From Lingula anatina (lineage: Eukaryota > Animalia > Brachiopoda), in NCBI GenBank assembly GCA_051362555.1, contig CM120644.1, positions 3,542,954 to 3,606,953 of the forward strand: DNA of 64,000 nucleotides, written 5' to 3'. The position numbers and the translations under genes were made by a program. A model generated the notes under the pieces. It saw only the letters and a program-made list of their open reading frames with translations, was not told the DNA's origin and searched no databases. This document shows positions 26,241-38,590 of this stretch, piece by piece (position 1 is the first letter of the stretch; each line of letters opens with the position of its first letter).

Positions 26241-27663
26241 CTTTAAAAATGATGCATATTTAACGGGTTAGACATAGTTAATGTGACATTAAACTGTTTA
26301 TTTCAATTCCCCTAGATAATATACTTTGCAATTGTTACCTTACATTTTATGTACAGACACACTGTGAAAATACGCTTGATAATTTGCCCCACACGTCAAA
26401 ACAAATTATTCTCAAATACAGTATGGAAGTAACGTGAAAGCCTTTTTTAAAAATAAAAAATGTAAGAACATTGCTGTGCTCAATAAATTATTTTTTATAT
26501 TTTTTATTTTATTTTTTTTTCTTCAGGAACAAGAAGAACCTGTATTACAGTCCCATGACCCTTTTCTGTAAGTTTGAGAATCATAAGTAAAATGGTCCTT
26601 CGCACGCGAGTCTTGCGTGGTTGTTGAGATTTTTGTTTGGAAGGTATAAAACAGTGCATGTTTGAGGAGGTCCACCCTAGCCACCCAAGCGGGCTCCTCA
26701 CGCACAAAGTCTCACGTTCCCATTTTTTTTTTTTGGCCGTAGACCAGACGTGGGTTGGGACCCAGGCTTTAGGGATGTCTTGAATCAAGGCACATATTAT
26801 GAAAATTACAGGTGTGTGGGAAATGAGATATAGTTGTATTTCATTACCTGTGATTTGTAAAATACATCTGAGGATGATACTTTTAAAGATGTTAATGTTT
26901 AAGAAAAGGCATATAGATTGATTTTGTAACATTTACTAAAGAAATATTATGTTAAATTAAAGGCGGGCTGCCATTTGTTAGTGTGTTCTTTTTAATGATC
27001 TAGGTTTTATACAGATTATAGGAAAACGTCCCATTAATAGTGACCATTAATATTTTGTTGGCCTTTTTGGAAAATATCCGCATTTTCTTAAGGATAAATT
27101 ACAAAGAAAGGTGTGTAGTAATAGCAAAATTTTGCTTTATTTGCAGACAGATCTATTAAGTAAGCAGGGACCTTGAAGGGGAACTTCTATTGAGCAGTTT
27201 AAAAACTCTTAGATTAAGTCACATGTTATAATACTTACATGTGCAGCAATTCAAATGTATTCATCTGAGGATAATTTTAAAGATTATTGCTTAAATATTT
27301 AAAGGGAAGTCATTTTAAATTTAATAATCAATACAACATATCAGAGGTATATCAAAATAGATTGATTAAATTAACTAGTGAAGGTATGTTTAATGAAAGG
27401 TGTAGCAGGGAAATCTAGCATTGTTTCTTCGTATGAACGTAATGAAAACCTGTCCATTTCTCCAAGAGTAAAGAGATTATTTTGATTACAAAACAGTGGA
27501 TTTTGTCCAAGTGGGAAAATATTTAGCTCTGATTTTTCTTTCACATAGTCTACATCTTAACCTTTGACAGCATGTAACATTGATAAAATAGCTCTTTTTA
27601 AAGACAAAACATTTTCAGAAATAAAGGATAAGGAAAAAATGGTATCATGTACATGTAACATAA

Positions 27664-29424
27664 GATAGCAGAGACCATCGAAAATGGAAACAGCATGAAA
27701 AGAGCAAAGAGATCCTTTCAACTAGGGCAGGATAGAATGCTGACTCTTCTAGACAAAGATGAAAATGAGCTCACCACACAAGACCAGATATAAGAACGAG
27801 TAGAAGAATTCTATGGAGAGTTGTATGACAGCAACAAGGGAATAGAAATCTCAACAAAGGCATGCGATCTACTAGACATAACAGCTTGGGAAGTAGAGTC
27901 AGCAGTCCAAAAAATGAAGAACGGGAAGGCAGCAGGAAATGACAACATCAAAGCAGAAATGGTAAAAACAGGAGGAGATATCCTATCTCAGGAATCAGCC
28001 AGGCTCTTCACAAAGTGCTTACATCTGAAGAAAATTCCTGTAGCATGGAAGAATGCCAACATGATCATAATGTTCAAAAAGGGCAATAGGAAAGACATCA
28101 AGAATTACAGACCCATCTGCCTACTTTCTAATTTGTTCAAGATTTACACCAAAATATTGACCGAAAGGTTAACAAGACAACTAGATGAAGCGCAGCCAAA
28201 GGAACAAGCAGGTTTCAGAGGCCAGTACACCACTACTGATCATATGCACACTGTCAACCAGTTCAAAGAGAAATGTCTCGAGTATAACATTCCAACAGCA
28301 TTCGTAGTAGCATTCGTTGATTATGAGAAAGCCTTCGACTCAGTAGAAACCCAGTATATACTGGCATCCCTGCAAGATCTAGGGATCGAAGATGGATACA
28401 TAGACGTCCTCAGAGACATATACACCGATAGCTCTGTAACAGTCAAACTACACAAGACCACCAATAAGATCAGGATCAAGAAAGGTGTACGCCAAGGTGA
28501 TACAATCTCTCCAAAACTGTTCACAGCAGCATTGGAACGTATATTCAGGGATCTAGACTGGCAGGACAAGGGCATAAACATAGATGGTACCAGGCTCAAT
28601 CACCTTAGGTTTGCAGACGACACCATAATAGTAGCAGATGATGCAAAAGACCTCGAAGAAATGCTACAGGCATTAGCAGATGAAAGCACAAAAAGTGGGC
28701 TGAAGATGAACACCAGCAAGACAAAGGTTATGTTTGGACCACTAACCACCCCTTGCACAGTGAAGGTCAACACCAAAGAGATAGAAGCAGTAGAAGAGTA
28801 TATATACCTTGGGCAACGGTTCAGCCTTAGTGATCGAACACTGGAGAAAGAAATCCAACGAAGGATAAAAGCAGGATGGGCAGCATATGGGAAGCACAAT
28901 GACATCTTCAAGAGCAACCTTCCTACCTGCCTGAAAAAAGAAAGTGTTCAATGCTTGTGTGCTGCCGGCAATCGCCTATGGTTCAGAGACCTGGGCACTT
29001 AATGCCTCCATGGAACACAAGCTACAAGTAGCTCAGAGAAAGATGGAAGGAATTATGTTGAACATCAGTCCAAGAGAGCGGAAAACGAATGTATGGTTAC
29101 GTGAACAGACCAAAGTTAAGGACGTACTGCTCACAGTTAAAGAAATGAAATGGAGGTGGGCAGGACATGTCAAAAGAATGAAGGACAATAGGTGGACAAT
29201 CAGGCTTACAGAATGGACCCCAAGGTATGGACAAAGAAAAAGAGGAAGGCCAGTCAAACGATGGAGGGGTGAATTAGATGACTACTGGCAGTCTTGGAAG
29301 ACGAAACCTTGGCCAAACTGGAAATCCGAGGCTCAGGATAGGAAACAATGGAAAAAGCATGCTGAGGCCTTTGTCCAACAGTGGAACACTATAGGCTCTA
29401 AATGATGATGACTAAATGATGATG
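27664..29424 (+). mobile_element. 5'-truncated RTE-clade LINE with TSD
   Basis: RT motifs NYRPICLL, QAGFR, FVDYEKAFDSV, GVRQGDTISPKLF, LRFADD; C-terminal WRWAGHV..R..RGRP..RW; (GAT)n tail; 7-bp TSD AACATAA at 27657-27663 and 29425-29431. Confidence 0.93.
27821..29405 (+). pseudogene. RTE reverse transcriptase (ORFs 27821-29002 and 28944-29405, one frameshift in an A-run near 28935)
   Basis: Two overlapping ORFs join into a continuous RT plus C-terminal domain; endonuclease lost by 5' truncation; upstream in-frame stop near 27791. Confidence 0.9.
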
Positions 29425-30383
29425 AACATAATTAAAATTCTCAAAGGCCATACCAACAAACTGGCAGCTTGGCCAATTAACTTGGCCAATTGACTTGCCC
29501 ATATGTGTTAACAATGCAAAGACACCAAGCCAGGCCCTAATTAGGATGGGGTCTGGGCCTCTTAGGCATAGGATTAGATTAGGACTGGGCCTATGGCATA
29601 TACATGCTCATGCCAATTTAAGAAATATATATCTTCTATACGTGGTTTGAAAATGATGTAAAAATGCGTGTACACTTTTAGTCTAGTAATAAAGTATTTT
29701 TACTTTTCCGCGAGTGGTTAGTAATGTATCTCAAAAATGTCAGTGTGATGAGCAGTGGGTACATTGGCTGCCAATATTGTTTTTGTTTTAGAAAAATAGC
29801 TTTCCATTTTCAAACTTTGTTTTTTTCGTCTTCTCAGCTACCTTACTTCATTGGGTTATTATCATTATTATTAGTATTAGCATTAGTATTATCACTATAA
29901 AAATATTTTCTGTACATGTACATTTTATTATTATTGTTATCATTATTATTAAAATATTTTTGTACACTTGGGTATAGGGGAGCAAACGAGGGAATGTGAA
30001 TAAACATGCGTGTTAATAATTTTCCAATTAGGATGGCTTAAGATCTCAGCTTGTTTTGTACTAATATTTACTCATAATTGTAAGTTCTTTTAGTAAAAAG
30101 ACTATAGGTCAACCTGTTTGTTCAGTAAATGTGTTATCTGTGTTGCATATATTCTAAAAAAAACATGCATTTTAAAAAGTGGCCCAAACAAGTTAATTTT
30201 AACTTCACCTGTATCTTGCTAATATTCACCAGTCCTGTAGGTTTGAAGACAACAGGTTATTTCGTGGTATCTTTGTAAGTGTACAGTGACGGCAGTGGTG
30301 ATAGTACACAGGTGATAGCGATACGAATAGACACAATGTCAATTTCCATTATAATGCTTTTTAAATCTTTTGAAAACAACCAT

Positions 30384-31495
30384 TTATAAGACTTATAACA
30401 TAAAATTATAAAAGACATATAACTATTTAATCAAACTGTCAGTAAGAAATCACCAATCCTAATAACAAGGCATTTATTTGAAATAGTTAATAAATAAATG
30501 GCAAATTTGTCTGAGGTTCTCTTATTCACAATCTCAAGTTTCTGACCCTTTCAATCCTCTGAATAAAACTATAAGACTCACCGGCACAATGTACTCCGTC
30601 CCCAAAGAAACCATAGTAACATTTACATCGCTGGCCATTATCCCAATTGCATGCCTTATTATACAAAGGCACATAACTACCTCCCTCGACGCATACGGCA
30701 TGTGTCCCACAATTCGCTGTAAACAAGGTAATGAAAAATGACAACATGTAACAGGGAATCTGCGCACGCAAAAATCCACATACTAGCTTTTAATAAACTT
30801 AAGCATGGTCACCACATGGGTTGCTTTTCTACATGATAACAGTTATCATTTGAAATATGTTACATGTACATGCAACTTCGGTATTAAAGTTGAAGTCTGA
30901 TCGCCGTTTGCGTTATGGTGGTAGTGTGTCTAATGGATAAATGCTCCTTAATAAACCAAATCAGCTGGGACAATTGATCGTTTTTTTCCAGTAATCTTTT
31001 TTTCATTTTTCCCCATATTACAACCAAGAACTATTTGGTGTTATCTACATTCTTGACCAATAGTCAGATATCAATTCTTTAACAGACAAAGGCTAACTAT
31101 CTGGCATCTGAGTCATGTATTTCATGTGCAGTAGGTATCTTATACGAACATTTTATAATTTGAAATATGTGACTTGTAAAAAGGAAATTCTGCTTTGGAA
31201 AGAGCATTGGTAATGAATGAATGAATGCTTCTCAGTGAAACATATTATGTAATTCATCTGATCGTATTGTCACTTTTTTCAGTTGAATTTTTCCATCTTC
31301 CCACATTACGACCTATAACTATTTGTTGTTATCAACATTCTTTAATCGAGTATCCAGTCTTTAAGGGTCGAAGCTTACCTATCTGGCATCTGAGTCCGGA
31401 ATATCCATAGGGACAGAGACACTGATAACGTCTATATCCTATTCTCTGAGGAACGCATTTCCCATTATGAAGGCAAGGGTTGATGGCGCATACAT
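30384..31495 (-). CDS. EGF cassette copy 3 (exons 31379-31495, 30582-30716, 30384-30391); no leader exon of its own found
   Basis: [86 protein letters not shown]. Indels relative to the other copies are multiples of 3; splice sites intact. Confidence 0.75.
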
Positions 31496-32942
31496 CTTAA
31501 AAGAAAATTTTCATAATTAACCTATGGCAGGTAAGACAATTCTGCTCTCTCAGTTTGCATAGTTAATATGAAATTAAACCATTTATTTCAATTACCCCTA
31601 GATTATGTACTTTGCAATCGTTACCTTACATTTTATCTATAGACAAACTGTGAAAATACGCTTGATCACTTGCCCCACACGTCAAAACAATTCAATTAAA
31701 AGGAAAGCATGTAACTTGACATCTGCCCACGCGGGCGAGGATGGGCTTAGCATCGGAGTCCTGTCATACCTAGAAAACTTGACCCCCCTTTAAATAATTC
31801 TTGATCTGCTTCTGTGAAACTTGGCATCTGTCCACACAAAATTCCTCACACTAGTTATATCGTCGTTATTAAAGGAAAGGTCGTCATCTCCAAGTCTGTG
31901 GGAGTAAGTTTACTCCATGGCGGGTGCATTGCTAAACCGTAGAGATATTTATCACGGACACATAATTTTTACAATTTTCCATTTTTGACATTGTAAGTGA
32001 CTTAGTGCTATACCGAGATTATTTAACATAACTTGTCGGTGTCGTGTGTAAGCAAATAAAAAGGCAAAACCTAACCTACGAAGCAGGGAAAACCAATTTA
32101 TAAAAAGAATTGGTGAATGGGAGAAAAGCTGCGTTTATCATTTGGTCCACTCTACATAGTTTCTGAACATTTCATCAAAAGCCACCTAAAACTGCTTGCA
32201 TAACACTGCTACCAGACAAACAAACAATCGGAACAATGATCACCTTGGAAGAGGTTATAATCATTTGGTAGAGTCTTGTTAAATCTTTAATGGATTTTTG
32301 ACTTAAAGAAATATTATCATCGAACCATTATTGTTTCTCGAATGACCTACGGGCTTACGTTTTTATTTATACATAGACACTGTACACTGTAAAAACCGAG
32401 CAGGTCCAAAACATATTTCTAAGCGCCTGATTTGTCTCATTTTTAACGGGTTAAGCTGCTTCACTCGTTTAACTCCCAAGCATGTTACACACGTTAAACT
32501 TGAATATGACGTGTTTCGGGTAGATATGAAATTTATTTAATCAGGCCAATACATATCATTAATACACTATAATAAGTAAGAAAGGGAGAGCTCACTTATA
32601 TACCCCTCTTCTGATGCGTCTCAGCGCAGTTTACAGACGCCTTGTCATTTTTGACCCTGATACAATCTGGGTGTTGACTCTACTGCCTCCATGGGGAGGT
32701 TATAGCCCAGCATGCCGTATGAAGCGCTGAAAGCTAGCAAACGAGAATATCTTTCTCTCCCAGACCAGGAACTTTATCACTGCTTCTACCCCTAAGTGCT
32801 GGGAGCAAAGCACAACAGGTATTATGATAACAAAAATGATAATCTTTTTAATCTCTAGCACACCTGTACAAAACTTTATGACCAAAAATACATGGATAGC
32901 GTAATGTAATATGTAAACCCTAAGGCTTCGTTCACATGGAAA

Positions 32943-33161
32943 GTCTATTTTCTAAAAATCTATTTTCTATTCGCGGTATCTTATGATCATGGTCTGTGCC
33001 CTGAATATCCCGCGGCGTAATTACTGGCAGCGCAAGCCAGTTACTTAAAGTAAATTATAGTAACTGGCTCGCGCTGCCAGTAATTACACCGCGGGATATT
33101 CAGGGCACAGACCGTGATCATAAGACATACCGCGAATAGAAAAAATATTTAAAAAATAGAC
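32943..33161. repeat. Long near-perfect inverted repeat (fold-back MITE)
   Basis: Arms of about 100 bp (..ctattcgcggtat..gccagttact / agtaactggc..ataccgcgaatag..) around a 13-nt spacer. Confidence 0.85.
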
Positions 33162-33424
33162 ATTGCAAGTGTAAGTGTATGTACTTATATATAAATATAT
33201 ATAATAAATAGTATATAATATATATAATATACAGGTATTAAAACGTACGTTTACTTGCACATGAAAGTTGAGATACATGACACATTGGCTTTGCTAATTT
33301 ATTATATTATAATATTAAAATATTGATACCTGAATTATTACACATTTCTCTCATTTAGAAGGTAATTATATGGTTATTATTTGACCATCTCGCTAGTTGT
33401 TTTAATTTGTTTTGAAAGACTAGT

Positions 33425-33500
33425 ATGTCCCCAGACGGAGTCGTACCCATGTTCTCCAGCTTCGTAGGTGGAAACTCTAACCACTAGGCCATCTGATACA
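33425..33500 (-). mobile_element. tRNA-derived SINE head or tRNA pseudogene
   Basis: Minus strand has A-box TGGCCTAGTGG and B-box-like GGTACGACTCC at tRNA spacing, but acceptor and anticodon stems pair poorly. Confidence 0.55.
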
Positions 33501-34271
33501 GGTAGATGTTGACGATCATATCTTAAAAATTAATGGCTTCTAGCGTTTATCCAAATTTTGGAAGTGAGGACCTGTTTTAGGTTGTTATTCTAATTCCTAT
33601 ATCCTATGAATATGAATATATAAATATAATGCTTTCTACTTACCAGTTGTCATTTAGGTCTAAAGTAAAAACATAGCTGGATAAATTAATAAAAAATCAG
33701 AAGAAAATGCATTTTAATACCATGGTAGACGGAAAACATACCTTCGCCTAGACTTGTAGGGAGGGTTTAGCCATAGCTTCCCTTAATTACAGGATTTTGA
33801 CAAAAGCCACTTAGTACTTAATAGATATACGTAGAATAGTAACAGGTTACTGCAAGGAAGTCCCCTAAGTACCGGACAGGCTAATCCACGCGTTTAGCAG
33901 TTAATTCCACACGTTTATCAGCTCTTTATGTTTAGCAGCTCCACGCGGGGAAGTGCTTTGTCAATGTGTTTAACCTTGTAATGTGAAAACCGGATCATAG
34001 TATCATACACCGGTGAAGCTTAACACACACCTCAACGTGAACCATTGCTAAACTAGCATTTTTTTATGAGAAGCTTGAAAAGTTAACGTGTTAAGCTTTT
34101 ACAAATAATTCTAAACGCGTATAGGTACTAAATGTGTGTTATATGTGTTCAAAAGATAAACATTGTTTTTACAGTGTAGTAAGAATCAGCAGTCCCTATA
34201 ACCATCATAACATCATTTAAATAAATGGAGTAGCTTCTCAGGGTTCATAAAAAGGTCCTAGTAGTGAGATA

Positions 34272-34425
34272 CCTGGGATTATACCCAGAACCTAGTATAC
34301 CAGATACCACCTCAGGGTTCTTACTACTAGGCAAACAGTTAAACACCTGGGAAACACACCCAGAACCTAGTATACCAGATACCACCTTAGGGTTCTCACT
34401 ACTAGGCAAACAGTTAAAAACCTGT
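34272..34425. repeat. Tandem repeat, about 72-bp unit x2
   Basis: acccagaacctagtataccagataccacct.agggttct.actactaggcaaacagttaaa occurs twice. Confidence 0.85.
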
Positions 34426-35319
34426 ACACCCAGAACAAAGAACATAACAACTCCAAAATTACATATTACCTAGTCAACCAGAAAACCCCTTATAATACTT
34501 CACCTGGTAATGCGGACACGGAGACAACCGGAAGATGGATATGAATAGATTATGGCATGTCAATGACAGTTGGGAAAATAGGAAACATGAAAACAGTGAA
34601 ACACCTGGCCCGGTAGGAATATAAACATAAATAGAATAGATGCACACAAAAATTATAAATCTGGTGATAAGAGCACATGAACAAGGGGAAAAATGAAGAT
34701 AATAAAGAAATACTAGCCTGTGTGTGATCCAAGACCTTGAAGTCACCCAATAAAAGGAAACAGCCGTCGCCGAAACATGAATTACAAAACTGGTGGCTGG
34801 GAAAATTTAATATTATCCGAAGAAAATAAAGTCACCAAGTCAGAAATAGCCGTCTCCAAATCAGGAAACCACAAAAATTGATGGCTGGTAACCAGTGTAA
34901 AAATAACAATAAAGTAACGTAAGTAATATTACAGTGTAGCTGCTAAAACTGCGGGTAAACATCTCCACAGCTAAAAAAGCTGAATGACTTTTCACTGATG
35001 CAGTTCGATATAAATAGTTCCAAATACATATTTCATAAAATATAAATGTGTATGCCTATATACACAGCAGCTAAGACATTCCATAACCCTGGACATCTGT
35101 TATCACATTACCTTGGTCAACTACGGGTCAAAATGTGCAGACACAAGACCCAAACTTTTCCTATAAACAAAACGTTGATGTATTATCAAAAAGTTATTAC
35201 CACCACTAAAACAAGCCATTTCCTACATAAATACAATTAATTATCTTAATTGTAGTTTTTTCTCTGAATGTTCTGATCTAGGTCTTTTTGGTATTTGAGA
35301 TATGTATCTCCTTTGATAT

Positions 35320-37530
35320 AAACTTTAACCCTCCCAATTATGGTAGAAATATTAACCGTGCTTCCAAATCCCACTGAGTTTTAAAATAAATTTATTATGG
35401 AATGGTAAAAAAAAAAGAAAAACTACAGCGAACTACCCTGGTATCAGGAAACGGAGGTCTGAAAGTACCCCAAATCAAATGATTTGCAAAATCATTAAAA
35501 TTGTCATTTAGTGATTATTAAATACAAAATCAAAATAAAGCTGCTATTCAAACTTTCAATCTAGCTGTATAACTATTAACATGATATGAATAGCCCTATT
35601 GAGTTTGAGAATAATAAGGCATTGTTATTCATCTATAGGATTAATGTTAGCGTTACACAAAATTCTTCTTTTATAATTTTATTTTCAGTATTAAACAACA
35701 TTTACTTGCATTATTATCACCGATTCCTTATTATGTGACACAGTTAAGAGAGCTAAACCTATGGGACTTTACAATGAAATCTCAATGTTGGGTTTTATGT
35801 AATCTCATTTAATGGCAACTTGAAAATTAATTAAGCAAATTACTTTATAACCCTGAAATAAGCTAGTAATTATTACCCAAGGGGCAATAACTGACCGCCA
35901 TCCATATACAGTGGCACCATATATCACTCTATAGAACTGCATTGCTTCCAAAACAGAAAACAATGAAACTTTTTTATGAAACTTTTCAGAAAGTTTGGGT
36001 ATCATAAGCAACATGGTTTGCCCTTAATCGTTATCAAAGTCACACCTTGAAAATGTCGATATGTGAAATTTTTAATTCTCACAAAAAACTATATAATTTC
36101 CAGAAAAGTTAATTGATAAAACAGGTTTTCCAACTGAAGCTACATTTTAGTCATATGCTACTTTTCTGTAAGTTTGAGAAGAGTAAGTGACATGGTTTCT
36201 TTTAATGATCACTATGAAGGCAGTGCCAAAAATAGGATTGTCTTCAATTTTGATGCAATATTACATAATGCTTGACAGCATAATGACCATCAATTTTTTT
36301 AAAATAAAATAAATGTATCATGGATATATGAATATTCAGAAAATGTGATATGCGAAGGTCACAAGGCCATGAAAGTTCAGAGTCACACCTTCAAATTGCC
36401 AAAATATAAACAAGAGTTTATAGCAGAGTCACAGGAAAGGCCAAGGACAAAAGCCTACGAAATACTTTCACAACCAATATGGAAATATCAAAACATCAAA
36501 ATTAATAAAACAATCTTATCTCAAAATTGTCAGAAGGACGAATTTTTTTACACAAACGATATCATAAATAGCACTGGCAGCTCCATATCACTAAAATAGT
36601 ATAATGAAAAATATAAAATTTTAATGCAAACTTCTTAAAATACATGACTATCCGAAATAATATCCCAGCTCATTGGAGAGATTCTAATTTAACTAACGGA
36701 AAATGCATGTCTTCACAATAAATGCAAGGAAAACTTGAAAACAATAAACATCATTTAAACCGACAAGATATTTCTATCAAAAGTACCTACAAGAACTCAA
36801 AAAAAAAAAAATAATAATAATAAAATAAAAAAAATAAATAAAATAAAAAATAAAAAATAAATGGCTTACAGAAATCGAAGAAATATTGGAAGAAGAAAAT
36901 TGGCACTTAACATATAAACCTGTCTTCACCGAAACAGATAACAACAAATTACAATCATCACAATTTAGAATAAATCACAGGATCTTTAGCATAAACGCAC
37001 GCCTTATGAAAACAGATAAAAAGGAATCCCAAAAAATGCGAGTTTTGTGGCATTGCCAAAAAAACAATAGTCCATGTATTTTGTGAATGCAAAATATCTG
37101 GGCATGCCTAATAAAACTCGTGAAAGAAAAAAATAATATCAATATTGAGAGGGAAGAAGTGTTTGTATTTGGCCTCATTAAAAATATAATATAGAAGGAT
37201 TATAGCTACTTATGCTTATTATAAAGAAAAATATAATCATGTGTAGGTCTAGGTCCGAAATCCCTACTTGGGTAAGTTTAAAACAATACACCCAATACCG
37301 CAGACATATATGCTAATGTTCCATCTATTTGTACCCGAAAAGGAAACAATCTTCTTTACGGGTTACATGGCTAAACATTGATGAAATATTAAATGTTTAA
37401 CACATGTAAAATAGTAAACACACAGCTTATGAATATATGAGACTCTTATCTCTCATTTTAATTTAACCCAAGAAACATACGAATCATATAGTCCAATGTG
37501 AAGCCTTATAGTTGGGAGCACATTGTAACC
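35320..37530 (+). mobile_element. Paralogous degraded L1/Tx1 LINE copy (interrupted)
   Basis: Aligns by eye with 3040-3250 and 3380-4440; WHLTYKPVFTETDNNKLQSSQFRINHRIF. Confidence 0.75.
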
Positions 37531-38590
37531 TGTGTATACATGCACATGCTATTTTAAGAACTATGTGACTCCTATGCTTGGTTTGAAAATGATGTAAAGT
37601 GTGAGTATACTCTTATTCTAGTAATTAGGTATTTTACTTTTCTACGGGTGGTTAGTATCCAAAAAATGTTAGTTTGATAAGCAGTGGGTACAGTGGTTGC
37701 CAATGTTTTTTTTCTTTTATAAAAATAGCTTTTGATTTTCAAACGTTGTTTTTTGTCTTCTCAACTACCTTTTTTTCATTGGGTTATCACTATTATTATT
37801 ACTATTATTATAAGTATTAGTATTATTTCTATAAAAATCTTTTCTGTACGTATGAATGTTATTACTATTATTATTACTTGGATTATTACTTTTATCATGA
37901 AAATATTTTTGTACACTTGGCGTATAGGGGAGCAAACAAGCATATATGAATAAGCGTGCGTGTATGTGTAAATAAGAGGAGTTTCTTTACATTACTTTTT
38001 GTTCTATCTGTATTTTCACACAATGTAAATGTTTATCTATTTAATTTATTTACTTTAATAAAATATATAAAATTACCAAATCAACTTTATCTTTGCGTCA
38101 TTTCTGCTTCAAGTCCGTACATTTGGCAGCTTTTTTGTCTTGTGTTATTATATTTTAAAAACATATGACTTCAGGTCCACAGCAGATCAATTCCACAAAT
38201 GCCAAAATGTGAAAATAAACATTTGACAAAAATACTTAATCGCCTTAACAATAATTTTCCCATTAGGACGGCATAAGATCTCGGCTTGTTTTGTGCCAAT
38301 ATTTGCTCATATTTAACAGTTCTAGTAGTTTAAAGACTATATGTCAACCTGTTTGTTCAGTAAATTTGAAATCTGCATATATTAAAAAAAAAAAAAAAAA
38401 AAAAAACAGCAAATTAATTGTAACTTCACCTGTATTCTATTAATTTTCACCAGTCCTGTAGGTGTGAAGACAACAGGTTATATCGTGGTATCTTTGTAAG
38501 TGTACAGTGACGCCAGTGGTGACAGATCACAGGTGATAGCCATATGTATAGACACCATGTGCCTTTACATCATTATGCTTTAACAGGCAT

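Larger units (their letters stand above)
32385..34176. mobile_element. Non-autonomous CACTA/EnSpm-like element with nested insertions
   Basis: TIRs CACTGTAAAAA...TTTTTACAGTG flanked by TA; subterminal ttaac-type short repeats. Confidence 0.55.

Noticed and set aside
28321-29257. Minus-strand ORFs over the RTE, and plus-strand ORFs over the Gypsy element
   Set aside because: Antisense shadows of retroelement coding sequence.
33420-33500. Functional tRNA gene
   Set aside because: Stems do not pair and the T-loop is mutated; treated as a SINE head or pseudogene.
33644-33780. Possible alternative leader exon for cassette 3 (strong minus-strand donor gtaagtag near 33643)
   Set aside because: All ATG-initiated frames stop before the donor and there is no similarity to the real leaders.
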